In this document: positions 41,518 to 49,559 of the stretch, piece after piece
Position numbering within the stretch: the stretch's first letter is position 1
How the letters are laid out: every line of letters begins with the position of its first letter
Assembly (NCBI GenBank): GCA_020445645.1
Contig: JAGRGG010000020.1
Span: forward strand, 19,776 to 83,775
Origin: Geminicoccaceae bacterium
Lineage (GTDB): Bacteria; Pseudomonadota; Alphaproteobacteria; Geminicoccales; Geminicoccaceae
DNA length: 64,000 bases
Reading direction: 5' to 3'
The notes under the pieces: generated by a model
Databases searched by the model: none
The model's input: only the letters and a program-made list of their open reading frames with translations
Told to the model about the DNA's origin: nothing
Made by a program: the position numbers and the translations under genes

Positions 41518-42477
41518 GTGAGCGTTCTTGCGAACCGTTTTCTGTCGGCGCTGGCGCTGACATTCCTGCCCCTGTCGGCCTGGGCCGCCGACGTGGTGAT
41601 CCCCGACCCCAACTACGCCTCCGGCCGCGCCACGGCCTACGCCACGAAGGCGATCGTCGAGGACGCGCTCGGCCTCGAGGTGGAGATGCTCCCGACGACG
41701 GCCGTCCCGGTGATCTTCGAAGCCATGAGCCGCGGCAAGGGCGAGATCGACGTCTGGACGGAGACGTGGCTGCCGAACCAGTCCGGCCCCGTGGACAAGT
41801 ACGTGAAGGGGGACGGCACCGTCGTGCTGGGGGAGAAGTCCTTCCCGGCGAAGCAGGGCTACTGCGTGACCAGGGCGGCCTACGATGCCGGCGTCAAGAC
41901 CGTCTTCGATCTGGCCAACCCGAAGAACGCAGCCCTGTTCGACACCGACGGCGACGGCAAGGGCGAGATCTGGATCGGCGCGCAGGGCTGGCAGTCGACC
42001 AACACCGAGACGATCCGCGCCCGCGACTACGGCTTCGCCGACTTCTTCGAACTCCAGTCCACCGACGAGGCCGTGGCCACGGCCGGGCTCGACGCGGCGG
42101 CGAAGGCCGACAAGCCCTGGGTCGGCTACTGCTATTCGCCGCACCAGAACTTCGCCATCTACGACCTGACGTTCCTGGAGGAGCCCCCGTACAACCCGGC
42201 GGATTTCGTGATGGTCCAGCCCGCCGAAGACCCGGCGTGGAAGGAGAAATCCCACGTCGCCTCGGCCTACGCCGACACGACCGTCCACTTTTCCTGGGCA
42301 AAGTCGCTCGAAGAGCGCCAGCCCCAACTCGTCGCCCTCCTGAAGAACATCCAGTTCTCGGCCGACGACGTGAACACGTGGTCCCTCGACATCGTGAACG
42401 GGGGCGACCCGGACACGATCGCCAGGGACTGGGTCGCGGCGCACCCCGACCTGATGGCCCAGTGGATGGGGCGCTGA
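41518..42477 (+). CDS. Glycine betaine/choline/TMAO-type ABC transporter substrate-binding protein (OpuAC/ProX family; TmoX-like)
   Basis: Signal peptide MSVLANRFLSALALTFLPLSAWA. ProX-type fold with aromatic residues (DVWTETWLPNQ, GYCYSPH). GTG start with a GGGAGAG RBS. Confidence 0.8.
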   Translation: MSVLANRFLSALALTFLPLSAWAADVVIPDPNYASGRATAYATKAIVEDALGLEVEMLPTTAVPVIFEAMSRGKGEIDVWTETWLPNQSGPVDKYVKGDGTVVLGEKSFPAKQGYCVTRAAYDAGVKTVFDLANPKNAALFDTDGDGKGEIWIGAQGWQSTNTETIRARDYGFADFFELQSTDEAVATAGLDAAAKADKPWVGYCYSPHQNFAIYDLTFLEEPPYNPADFVMVQPAEDPAWKEKSHVASAYADTTVHFSWAKSLEERQPQLVALLKNIQFSADDVNTWSLDIVNGGDPDTIARDWVAAHPDLMAQWMGR

Positions 42478-43571
42478 GGGCCAGCCCCCCACCGGACGGT
42501 TCGCGGGCCGGCGACGGGGACGGCCCGGCCGTCCTCCTGGAGAACGTCTGGAAGATCTTCGGGGACCGCGCCGGCGAGGCCCTGAAGGCCGCGCGCGACG
42601 AGGGGCTGCCCAAGTCCGAAATTTTGAGGGATCTTCACTGCGTCGTGGGCGTGGCCGACGCCGGGATCCGCGTCGAGCGGGGCGAGATCTTCTGCGTCAT
42701 GGGCCTGTCGGGCAGCGGCAAGTCGACGCTCCTGCGCCACGTCAACCGCCTCCTGGAGCCGACCGCCGGCAGGGTCCTGGTCCAGGGCCGGGACGTGACG
42801 GCCATGAACGCGGGGCAGTTGCGCGACCTGCGCGCCCGGCGCATCGGGATGGTCTTCCAGAACTTCGCGCTTCTGCCGCACCGCAACGTCCGCGACAACG
42901 TGGCGCTGCCCCTGGAGATCCAGGACGTGGCCCTCAACGAACGCTTCGACCTCGCGGAGGCGGCGCTCGAGAAGGTCGGGCTTTCAGGCTGGGGCGACCG
43001 TTTTCCGGCGAGCCTGTCGGGCGGGATGCAGCAGCGCGTGGGCCTCGCAAGGGCCTTGGCCGCCGACCCGCCGATCCTCCTGATGGACGAGCCGTTCAGC
43101 GCGCTCGACCCCCTGATCCGTCGCCAGTTGCAGGACCAGTTCCTCCACCTGAGCCACGCCATGCAGAAGACGGCGGTCTTCGTCACCCACGACCTCGACG
43201 AGGCGATCCGCATCGGCAACCGCATCGCCATCATGAAGGACGGCGTCATCGTCCAGACCGGCACGCCCGAGGACATCGTCGCCCATCCGCGGGACGATTA
43301 CGTCGCCAGCTTCGTCGCCAACATCTCCCGGCTGCACGTGGTTCACGCGGCCGGGATCATGGAGCCCGTGGCCGCGTTCCGGGGCCGCGCGCCGGGGATC
43401 CCCGACATCGAAGCGTTCCCCAGGGCGAGGGCCGACATGACCATCGCGGAGCTGATCGACCTCGCCGCCGGCGGCACCGACCCCCTGGCGGTGACGGACG
43501 GCGAGGGCCGGACGGTCGGCGTGATCGACAACCGCCGCCTGCTGACGGGCATCAGGGGGGACGCGCGATGA
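42462..43571 (+). CDS. Betaine-type ABC transporter ATP-binding protein (ProV/OpuAA-like) with C-terminal CBS-type domain
   Basis: Walker A GLSGSGKST, signature LSGGMQQRVGLARAL, Walker B ILLMDEPFSALD. There is no in-frame ATG. I propose GTG 42462, which overlaps the SBP gene by 16 nt. Confidence 0.85.
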   Translation: MDGALRASPPPDGSRAGDGDGPAVLLENVWKIFGDRAGEALKAARDEGLPKSEILRDLHCVVGVADAGIRVERGEIFCVMGLSGSGKSTLLRHVNRLLEPTAGRVLVQGRDVTAMNAGQLRDLRARRIGMVFQNFALLPHRNVRDNVALPLEIQDVALNERFDLAEAALEKVGLSGWGDRFPASLSGGMQQRVGLARALAADPPILLMDEPFSALDPLIRRQLQDQFLHLSHAMQKTAVFVTHDLDEAIRIGNRIAIMKDGVIVQTGTPEDIVAHPRDDYVASFVANISRLHVVHAAGIMEPVAAFRGRAPGIPDIEAFPRARADMTIAELIDLAAGGTDPLAVTDGEGRTVGVIDNRRLLTGIRGDAR

Positions 43572-45067
43572 CGGACCACGCCCCGGACGGCCGGTACGCC
43601 GGCCTCGTCCGCGCCTTCGTCGGGCGCGGGGGCGACTACTACGCCGACGCCTTCCGCCGGATCGGCTCGGTCCGGGGGATCGCGTGGCAGATGAACCCCG
43701 CTGCCTTCCTGCTCGGGCCGGTCTGGTGCGCGGCGCGGGCGCTCTGGGGCCTGTTCTGGCCCGCCTTCGTCGTCGAGGTCCTCGCCGTCGTCCTGATCGG
43801 CATCGGCCTGTTCGGCAACCTCGGCGGCGACGAGCTGGTCCGCGCCGAGCGGCTGACCCGGATGGCCGAGGAACGCATGAACGCCGCCGAACGGGCCGGG
43901 GCGGAGGGGAGCGCGCTCGGCGACAGCATGAAGCGTTCCGCCGAGGCCATCGCCGCCTCGGCGGAAGGCGCCCGCGCCAGGGCCGCCCTGGCGGGCGGGA
44001 ACGCGCGGCGCTACTGGATCGGTGGGCTGGCCCTGTTCCTGGGGATCCGGCTCGGCGTCGCCCTTGCCGCGAACGCGGCGCTGGCGCGGCGCTTTCGCAG
44101 GTGGCGCGGCGCCCGCGACCTCCCGCACGGGAAGGGAACCGGGCGGGCGGCCTTCGCGGCGGCGATGGTCGTCTTCTCCTACCCGCTCGCGGTCTACCGC
44201 TTCGCCCTGGGCGAGGCGCCGGATTGGCTCGTCCGGTTCCCGGCCGACCCCGCGACCCGCAACGCGGCCTCGCGCGCCATCGACGGCGCGGTGCGGTGGA
44301 TCGCCGGCACCTTCGACGGGGTCTTCTCCGCGATGACGGCCGGCATCGACGCCGTATTGAACCTGATGGAAACCGCGCTCGTCCTGACGCCCTGGCCGAT
44401 CGTCATGGCGGTGACGCTGGCGCTGGCGTGGCAGGTCTCCGGCCGGCGGGTGGCGATCTTCTCGGCGGCGGCGCTCGCCTATCTCGGCTTCCTCGGCTTT
44501 TGGGAGAAGAGCATGGCGACGGTGGCGCTCCTGGGCACCGCCGCCTTCCTGTGCATCCTGATCGGCATCCCCCTCGGCGTCTGGTGCGGGCGCAGGCCGC
44601 GCGCCTACGCCGCCGTCCGCCCGGCCCTCGACTTCATGCAGACCATGCCGGCCTTCGTCTACCTCATCCCGGTCATCGCCTTCTTCGGCATCGGCAAGCC
44701 GCCCGGCATCATCGCCACCCTGGTCTTCGGGATGCCCCCCGTCATCCGCCTCACGGCGCTCGGCATCGCCGGCGTGCCCGAGGCGATCCGCGAGGCCGCC
44801 ACCGCCTACGGCGCCGACCGGCGCTTTCTGCTCCTCAAGGTCGACCTGCCGCTCGCCATGCCGTCGATCATGACCGGGGTGAACCAGACCCTGCTCATGT
44901 GCCTGTCGATGGTCGTGATCGCGTCGCTCATCGGCGCGAAGGGGCTGGGGGAGGACGTGCTCTCGGCCCTGCAATACGCGGCCGTGGGCCAGGGCATCCT
45001 CGCCGGCGTGGCGATCCTGATGTGCGCCATGGTGCTGGACCGGATCGTCCAGGGCCGCGCTAGCTAA
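43568..45067 (+). CDS. Betaine-type ABC transporter permease (ProW/OpuAB-like) with a ~250-aa N-terminal membrane extension
   Basis: The C-terminal 250 aa form the canonical ProW core (MQTMPAFVYLIPVIAFFGIGKPPGIIATLVFGMPPVIRLT, EAATAYGA). The N-terminal part has extra TM helices plus an Ala/Arg-rich helix. ATGA overlap with the ATPase gene. Confidence 0.85.
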   Translation: MTDHAPDGRYAGLVRAFVGRGGDYYADAFRRIGSVRGIAWQMNPAAFLLGPVWCAARALWGLFWPAFVVEVLAVVLIGIGLFGNLGGDELVRAERLTRMAEERMNAAERAGAEGSALGDSMKRSAEAIAASAEGARARAALAGGNARRYWIGGLALFLGIRLGVALAANAALARRFRRWRGARDLPHGKGTGRAAFAAAMVVFSYPLAVYRFALGEAPDWLVRFPADPATRNAASRAIDGAVRWIAGTFDGVFSAMTAGIDAVLNLMETALVLTPWPIVMAVTLALAWQVSGRRVAIFSAAALAYLGFLGFWEKSMATVALLGTAAFLCILIGIPLGVWCGRRPRAYAAVRPALDFMQTMPAFVYLIPVIAFFGIGKPPGIIATLVFGMPPVIRLTALGIAGVPEAIREAATAYGADRRFLLLKVDLPLAMPSIMTGVNQTLLMCLSMVVIASLIGAKGLGEDVLSALQYAAVGQGILAGVAILMCAMVLDRIVQGRAS

Positions 45068-45839
45068 AGGCCGTTCGACCCTGCGACGCGAACGCCTGCA
45101 GGCGTTCGTGGAACGGGCGGTGGTGGTCCAGGTAGCGCCGCATGTTGGGGTGGCGTTCGGCGAGATCCCGGAAGTCGCGCGCCTGCGCCAGGAGGTCCGC
45201 CTCGGTCAAGGGGCGGATCGAGCGGGAGGCGGCCACGTCCCCGTGCCAGCCCTCGACCTGCGCCCAGTCCGCCGGCGTCCCGCCGTCCCATTCGAAGGCG
45301 CCCGGCACGAAGTCGAGGCCGAACGCCGCCCACAGGGCGCCGATCGTCCCTCGCGGGTCGCGGCGGACGTCCTCCGAGCGCAGCACGAGGGGCGCCTTGC
45401 CGGTCGTCGCCCTCAGCGCGTCGAAGTGCCGCCACTGCGCCTCGATGCCGATCTCCTCGCAGGTGACGTCGGGGTCGAGCTTGAAGTAGGACGCGATCGC
45501 GGCCTGCGGGTCGCGGATCAGAAAGCAGTTCCCGATCCGGCAGGAGAACGCCTCGTCCTCGACGATCCTCGGCACGACGTAGTAGCTCATGTCCTTGAAG
45601 AAGACGGGCCGCGCTTCGGCCCGCCCCAGGATGGAGTCGCGGATCGCCTCGTAGGCGACGGGATGGCCCTCCTGGACCTCGAAATGCGGCATCACCCGGC
45701 ACTTGCGGTGGACGTAGTAGTCGTACATGAAGGGCTCGTGCAGGCAGTCCATGTCGCCCCGCGCGCGCATGACGCGCTCGAACGCCGTCGAGGTGGAGCG
45801 CGGGTGCGACCAGAGGGCGACGATCGGGTGCGCGCTCAT
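45060..45839 (-). CDS. Sulfotransferase-fold (P-loop-like) family protein, function unknown
   Basis: 259 aa. N-terminal LWSHPRSTSTAFERV resembles the 5'-phosphosulfate-binding loop of sulfotransferases, and FLIRDP resembles the 3'-PB region. The ATG overlaps the aminotransferase stop (ATGA). Confidence 0.55.
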   Translation of the reverse strand: MSAHPIVALWSHPRSTSTAFERVMRARGDMDCLHEPFMYDYYVHRKCRVMPHFEVQEGHPVAYEAIRDSILGRAEARPVFFKDMSYYVVPRIVEDEAFSCRIGNCFLIRDPQAAIASYFKLDPDVTCEEIGIEAQWRHFDALRATTGKAPLVLRSEDVRRDPRGTIGALWAAFGLDFVPGAFEWDGGTPADWAQVEGWHGDVAASRSIRPLTEADLLAQARDFRDLAERHPNMRRYLDHHRPFHERLQAFASQGRTAFS

Positions 45840-47146
45840 GCCAGCGCCCCGAACGCGGCGTCGAGCCCTTCGGCCACCGCGTCCACGTCTTCGAGCGCGA
45901 GGCACATCGGCGGCACCATCCGCAGCACCGATTGGAACGGGCCGGACTTGGAGAGGATCAGCCCCTGTTCGCGGCAGTTCTCGAAGACGGCGGCGGTGGT
46001 CTTCGGGTCGGGCTCCTTGGTGGCGCGGTCCTTCACCATCTCGATCGCCAGCATCAGGCCCCGCCCGCGCACGTCGCCGATCGCGGCGTGACGCCCTTGC
46101 AGGTCCTTCAGGCGCGCGAGCAGGGCGGCGCCGACCCGCTTCGCGTTGTCCTGCACCCGGTCCTCGCGGATCACCCGCAAAACGGCGCGGCCGGCGGCGC
46201 AGGAGGTGGGGTTGGCGCCGTAGGTGTGGAACAGGAACTTCTCCGCCATCGGGGCCGCGACCTCCCGGCGCGCGACGACGGCGCCCAGGGGAAAGCCGTT
46301 GCCGATCCCCTTCGCCATCACGACGACGTCGGGGACGACGCCGCCCGCCTCGAAGCCCCACATGTGGTCGCCCGTGCGCCCGAACCCCGACTGGACCTCG
46401 TCCGCGACGTAGAGCCCGCCGGCGGCGCGGACCCGCTCGGCGGCGCCCGACAGGTAGCCGGGCGGCATCTCGACGATCCCGCCGTAGCCCTGCACGCTCT
46501 CGATGAAGATGCCGGCGACGCGCCCCGTGGTGGCGGCGGCGATGGTGCGGTCGATCTCGTCCAGGTAGGGTTGCGTGCCGGCGCCGAAGACGCCCCGGTA
46601 CTGGTTCGGCTCCGCGACGAAGGCGACGTTGCCGGGCATCCCCGGGTGCCGCCAGCCGGCGATCCCGGTGATCGACTGCGCCGCCGCCGTCGGCCCGTGA
46701 TAGGCGGTGCGAAGGGCCAGGAGGTCGAGGTTGCCGGTGAAGGTCCGCGCCATGGTCATCGCAAGGTCGATGGCCTCGGCGCCGGAATTGGTGAAGTGCA
46801 CGACCCAGTCGTGACCCCGGGGCATGGTCGCGGCCAGCTCCTCGGCGAGGTGCGCGGGCGTCGGGTGGTGGAACATCGTCGTGCAGTGGGTGAGTTCCCG
46901 CGCCTGCGCCATCGCGGCCGCGACCACCTCGGGGTGGGCGTGGCCGACCGAGACGCAGACGTTCATCCCCAAAAGGTCGATATAGCGCCGCCCGTCGGCG
47001 TCCCAGAGGTACTGCATCCTGCCCTTCCTGAATACGATCGGGTCCTGGAACGGCACGAACCGGCGCTGCGAGGCCGCGTAGTACCGGTCGCGCCGGGCCG
47101 CCGTCGCGGCCGGCGACCAGTCGGTCTCAAGGGGGGTGGCGCTCAT
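45836..47146 (-). CDS. Class-III PLP-dependent aminotransferase, AGXT2-like (alanine-glyoxylate / omega-amino acid:pyruvate type)
   Basis: 436 aa. Blocks seen: VSVGHAHPEVV, DEVQSGFGRTG, VVMAKGIGNGFPLG (PLP Lys). The N-terminal half resembles AGXT2. Confidence 0.85.
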   Translation of the reverse strand: MSATPLETDWSPAATAARRDRYYAASQRRFVPFQDPIVFRKGRMQYLWDADGRRYIDLLGMNVCVSVGHAHPEVVAAAMAQARELTHCTTMFHHPTPAHLAEELAATMPRGHDWVVHFTNSGAEAIDLAMTMARTFTGNLDLLALRTAYHGPTAAAQSITGIAGWRHPGMPGNVAFVAEPNQYRGVFGAGTQPYLDEIDRTIAAATTGRVAGIFIESVQGYGGIVEMPPGYLSGAAERVRAAGGLYVADEVQSGFGRTGDHMWGFEAGGVVPDVVVMAKGIGNGFPLGAVVARREVAAPMAEKFLFHTYGANPTSCAAGRAVLRVIREDRVQDNAKRVGAALLARLKDLQGRHAAIGDVRGRGLMLAIEMVKDRATKEPDPKTTAAVFENCREQGLILSKSGPFQSVLRMVPPMCLALEDVDAVAEGLDAAFGALA

Positions 47147-47156
47147 CCTTCGCTCC

Positions 47157-49559
47157 TCAGGCTTTCAGCCGCACGTTGCCGGGGTCGTAGGGCGGTTCGG
47201 GCAGGATCCGGGCCGGACGGTCCCTTCCCAGGATCCGCACCCTCAGCCCCTCGCGCGGGGCCGCGGGGCGCAGGTAGGCGAGCGCCAGGGCCTTGCCGGT
47301 CCGGTGGCCGTGGGCGCCCGAGGTGACGATGCCGACGGGATCGCCCCCTGCGATCACCGCGTGGGCGTAGAACGGGTCCACGTCGGCGCCCTCGACCTCG
47401 AGCAGCACCATGTCCCAGGGGTTCGCCCGCGCCAGCATCGCCGCCTTGCCGACGAAGTCGCGCCCTTCGGGCCGCACCAGGAACGACAGGCCGCTCTCCG
47501 GCGGCGTGCGCTCGGTCGTGAGGTCGAGGCCCCAGGCGCGGTAGCCCTTCTCCAGCCGCATCGCGTTGGCGGCGTAGGCGCCGTAGAGGCCGAGCCCCAG
47601 GGGACGGCCCGCCGCCTCCAGGGTCAGGAACAGCGCCGCCGCCCGGTCCCGCGCCACGTGCAATTCCCAGCCGAGTTCGCCGACGTAGGAGACGCGAAGG
47701 GCGCGGACGGGGACGCCCGCGACCGCGATCTCCCGGACCGAGAGCCAGGGAAAGCCGTCCCCCAGGTCCGCGTCGGCGAGCCCGGCCAGCAGCGCCCGCG
47801 ACCTCGGCCCCATGACGCCCACGACGGCGAGGTCCTCGGTACGGTTCGTCACCGTCACGTCGAAGCCCCGGCAGCGGTCGCGCAGCAGGTCCTCGTCCCG
47901 CTCCTCGGCGGCGGCGGCGGAGGTGAGGTAGGCGCGGCCGTCGGCCAGCGCGGCGACGGTGAACTCGGAGGCGACGCCCCCCGCCGGGGTGAGCGCGTGG
48001 ATGAGCCCGACCCGGCCCGGCGCCGGCGCGCGGTTGGCCCCGAGCGCGTTCAGGAAGGGCAAGGCGTCGGGGCCTTCGACCTCGAACTTGGAAAAGACCG
48101 ACAGGTCGGCCAGCGCCACCCGCCCCGCCGCCGCCTCGACCTCGCCCGCCACGGGCGCGAACCAGTCGGTGCGGCGGAAGCTCTCGCGGGCGCGGTCGCC
48201 GGGCCTGTCCGAGAACCAGTTCGGCCGCTCCCAGCCGTGCGCCGCCCCCATCACGGCACCCCGCGCCAGCATCAGGTCGTGCAGGGGCGACAGGCGCAGC
48301 CCGCGCCCGGCGGGGCGCTCCTCGTGGGGGTAATGCACGCCGAACTGCAGGCCGAAGCACTCGACCGCCTTGGCGACCCGGTAGCCGCGCCCGGCCCAGG
48401 CGCCGAACCGGCGGCCGTCCACCGCGAGCGCGTCCATCGGCGGCGCGCCGTGGGTCATCCAGTGGGCCAGGAACCGGCCGGCGCCGCCGCCCTCCATCAC
48501 GCCCATGCTGGACCCCGTCAGCAGCCACGCCCCCGGCAACCCGTGCGCCGGGCCGATCAGCGGGTTGGCGTCGGGGGTGAAGGTGATCGGGCCGTTCACG
48601 ACCGTTTTCAGCCCGCCGCTGCCCAGCGCCGGGATCCGCGCCATCGCCGCCTCGACGATGGGCTCGACGCGGTCGAGGTCGGGCGGCACCAGTTCGGCCC
48701 CGAATTCGGGCGGCACCCCGTCCACCGCCCAGACCTGCGCCTCCCGCTCGTAGGGGCCGAGGATCAGCCCGTCCCGCTCCTGGCGCACGTACCAGCTCTC
48801 CTCGGGGTCGCGGATGATCGGCAGCTCGGGGGCGCCGCTCGCGGTCCGGGCGGCGATTTCGGGCAGGGTGTCGGTGACGAGGTACTGGTGCAGCACCGGG
48901 ACCGAGGGCACGTTGACCCCCATCATCCGCCCGACCTCCCAGCCCCACGTGCCCGCCGCGTTGACCACGTGCCGCGCGCGCATCGTCCCCTTGGCCGTCT
49001 CGACGACCCAGGCCCCGCCTTCCCGCCGGACCGCTTGGACCGGGTTGTACCGTTGAATGACGGCGCCCAGCCCGACCGCCACCCGCGCCATCGCGTTGGT
49101 GGCGAGCGTCGGGTCGACGTGGCCGTCGTCGGGCTCGTGGATCCCGCCCAGGAGCCCGTCGAGCCGCGCCAGCGGGTACAGTTCGGCGATGCGGTCGGGC
49201 GTGAGCAATTTGAGCGGGTGGCCCGTGAAGGCCGAGAGCCCGGCGACGTGGGCGAACTCGTCCATCCGGTCGGGGTTGCGGGTGATCCGCATGGCACCGG
49301 TGCGGTGGAAGCCGCAGCCCTCCCCCGTCTCTTCCGGCAGGATGTCCCGGTAGAGCCGGACCGAGGCCGCCCGCAGTTCCTGGATCGTCGCGTTGTGCGC
49401 GAAGTGGGTGCAGAGCCCCGCCGCGTGCCACGTCGAGCCGTGGGTGAGGTCGTTCTTCTCGACCAGCACGACGTCCCGCCAGCCCGCCTTGGCGAGGTGG
49501 TAGAGGAGCGAGACCCCCATCGCCCCCCCGCCGATGACGACCGCCCGCGCGTCGGTCAT
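47157..49559 (-). CDS. Dimethylglycine/sarcosine dehydrogenase-like FAD oxidoreductase fused to a GcvT/THF-binding domain (paralogue 1)
   Basis: 800 aa. VVIGGGAMGVSLLYHLA FAD fold, HGSTWHAAGL covalent-FAD His motif, C-terminal YVGELGWELHV aminomethyltransferase fold. The ATG overlaps the upstream stop. Confidence 0.85.
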   Translation of the reverse strand: MTDARAVVIGGGAMGVSLLYHLAKAGWRDVVLVEKNDLTHGSTWHAAGLCTHFAHNATIQELRAASVRLYRDILPEETGEGCGFHRTGAMRITRNPDRMDEFAHVAGLSAFTGHPLKLLTPDRIAELYPLARLDGLLGGIHEPDDGHVDPTLATNAMARVAVGLGAVIQRYNPVQAVRREGGAWVVETAKGTMRARHVVNAAGTWGWEVGRMMGVNVPSVPVLHQYLVTDTLPEIAARTASGAPELPIIRDPEESWYVRQERDGLILGPYEREAQVWAVDGVPPEFGAELVPPDLDRVEPIVEAAMARIPALGSGGLKTVVNGPITFTPDANPLIGPAHGLPGAWLLTGSSMGVMEGGGAGRFLAHWMTHGAPPMDALAVDGRRFGAWAGRGYRVAKAVECFGLQFGVHYPHEERPAGRGLRLSPLHDLMLARGAVMGAAHGWERPNWFSDRPGDRARESFRRTDWFAPVAGEVEAAAGRVALADLSVFSKFEVEGPDALPFLNALGANRAPAPGRVGLIHALTPAGGVASEFTVAALADGRAYLTSAAAAEERDEDLLRDRCRGFDVTVTNRTEDLAVVGVMGPRSRALLAGLADADLGDGFPWLSVREIAVAGVPVRALRVSYVGELGWELHVARDRAAALFLTLEAAGRPLGLGLYGAYAANAMRLEKGYRAWGLDLTTERTPPESGLSFLVRPEGRDFVGKAAMLARANPWDMVLLEVEGADVDPFYAHAVIAGGDPVGIVTSGAHGHRTGKALALAYLRPAAPREGLRVRILGRDRPARILPEPPYDPGNVRLKA

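Noticed and set aside
41500-41520. GGGAGAGCACCG upstream of the SBP gene, which resembles a fragment of the glycine riboswitch core.
   Set aside because: It is only the Shine-Dalgarno sequence plus spacer of the GTG 41518 start. The 250-nt leader lacks the paired aptamer helices and the conserved ACCGAAGGGGCAA-type elements.
41518-45067. A confident assignment of the ABC system as the TMAO transporter TmoXWV.
   Set aside because: No tmm or tdm gene is present in the window. The nearest neighbours are MttB/DMGDH-type genes, and ligand specificity within the ProX/OpuAC family cannot be read from the sequence by eye.
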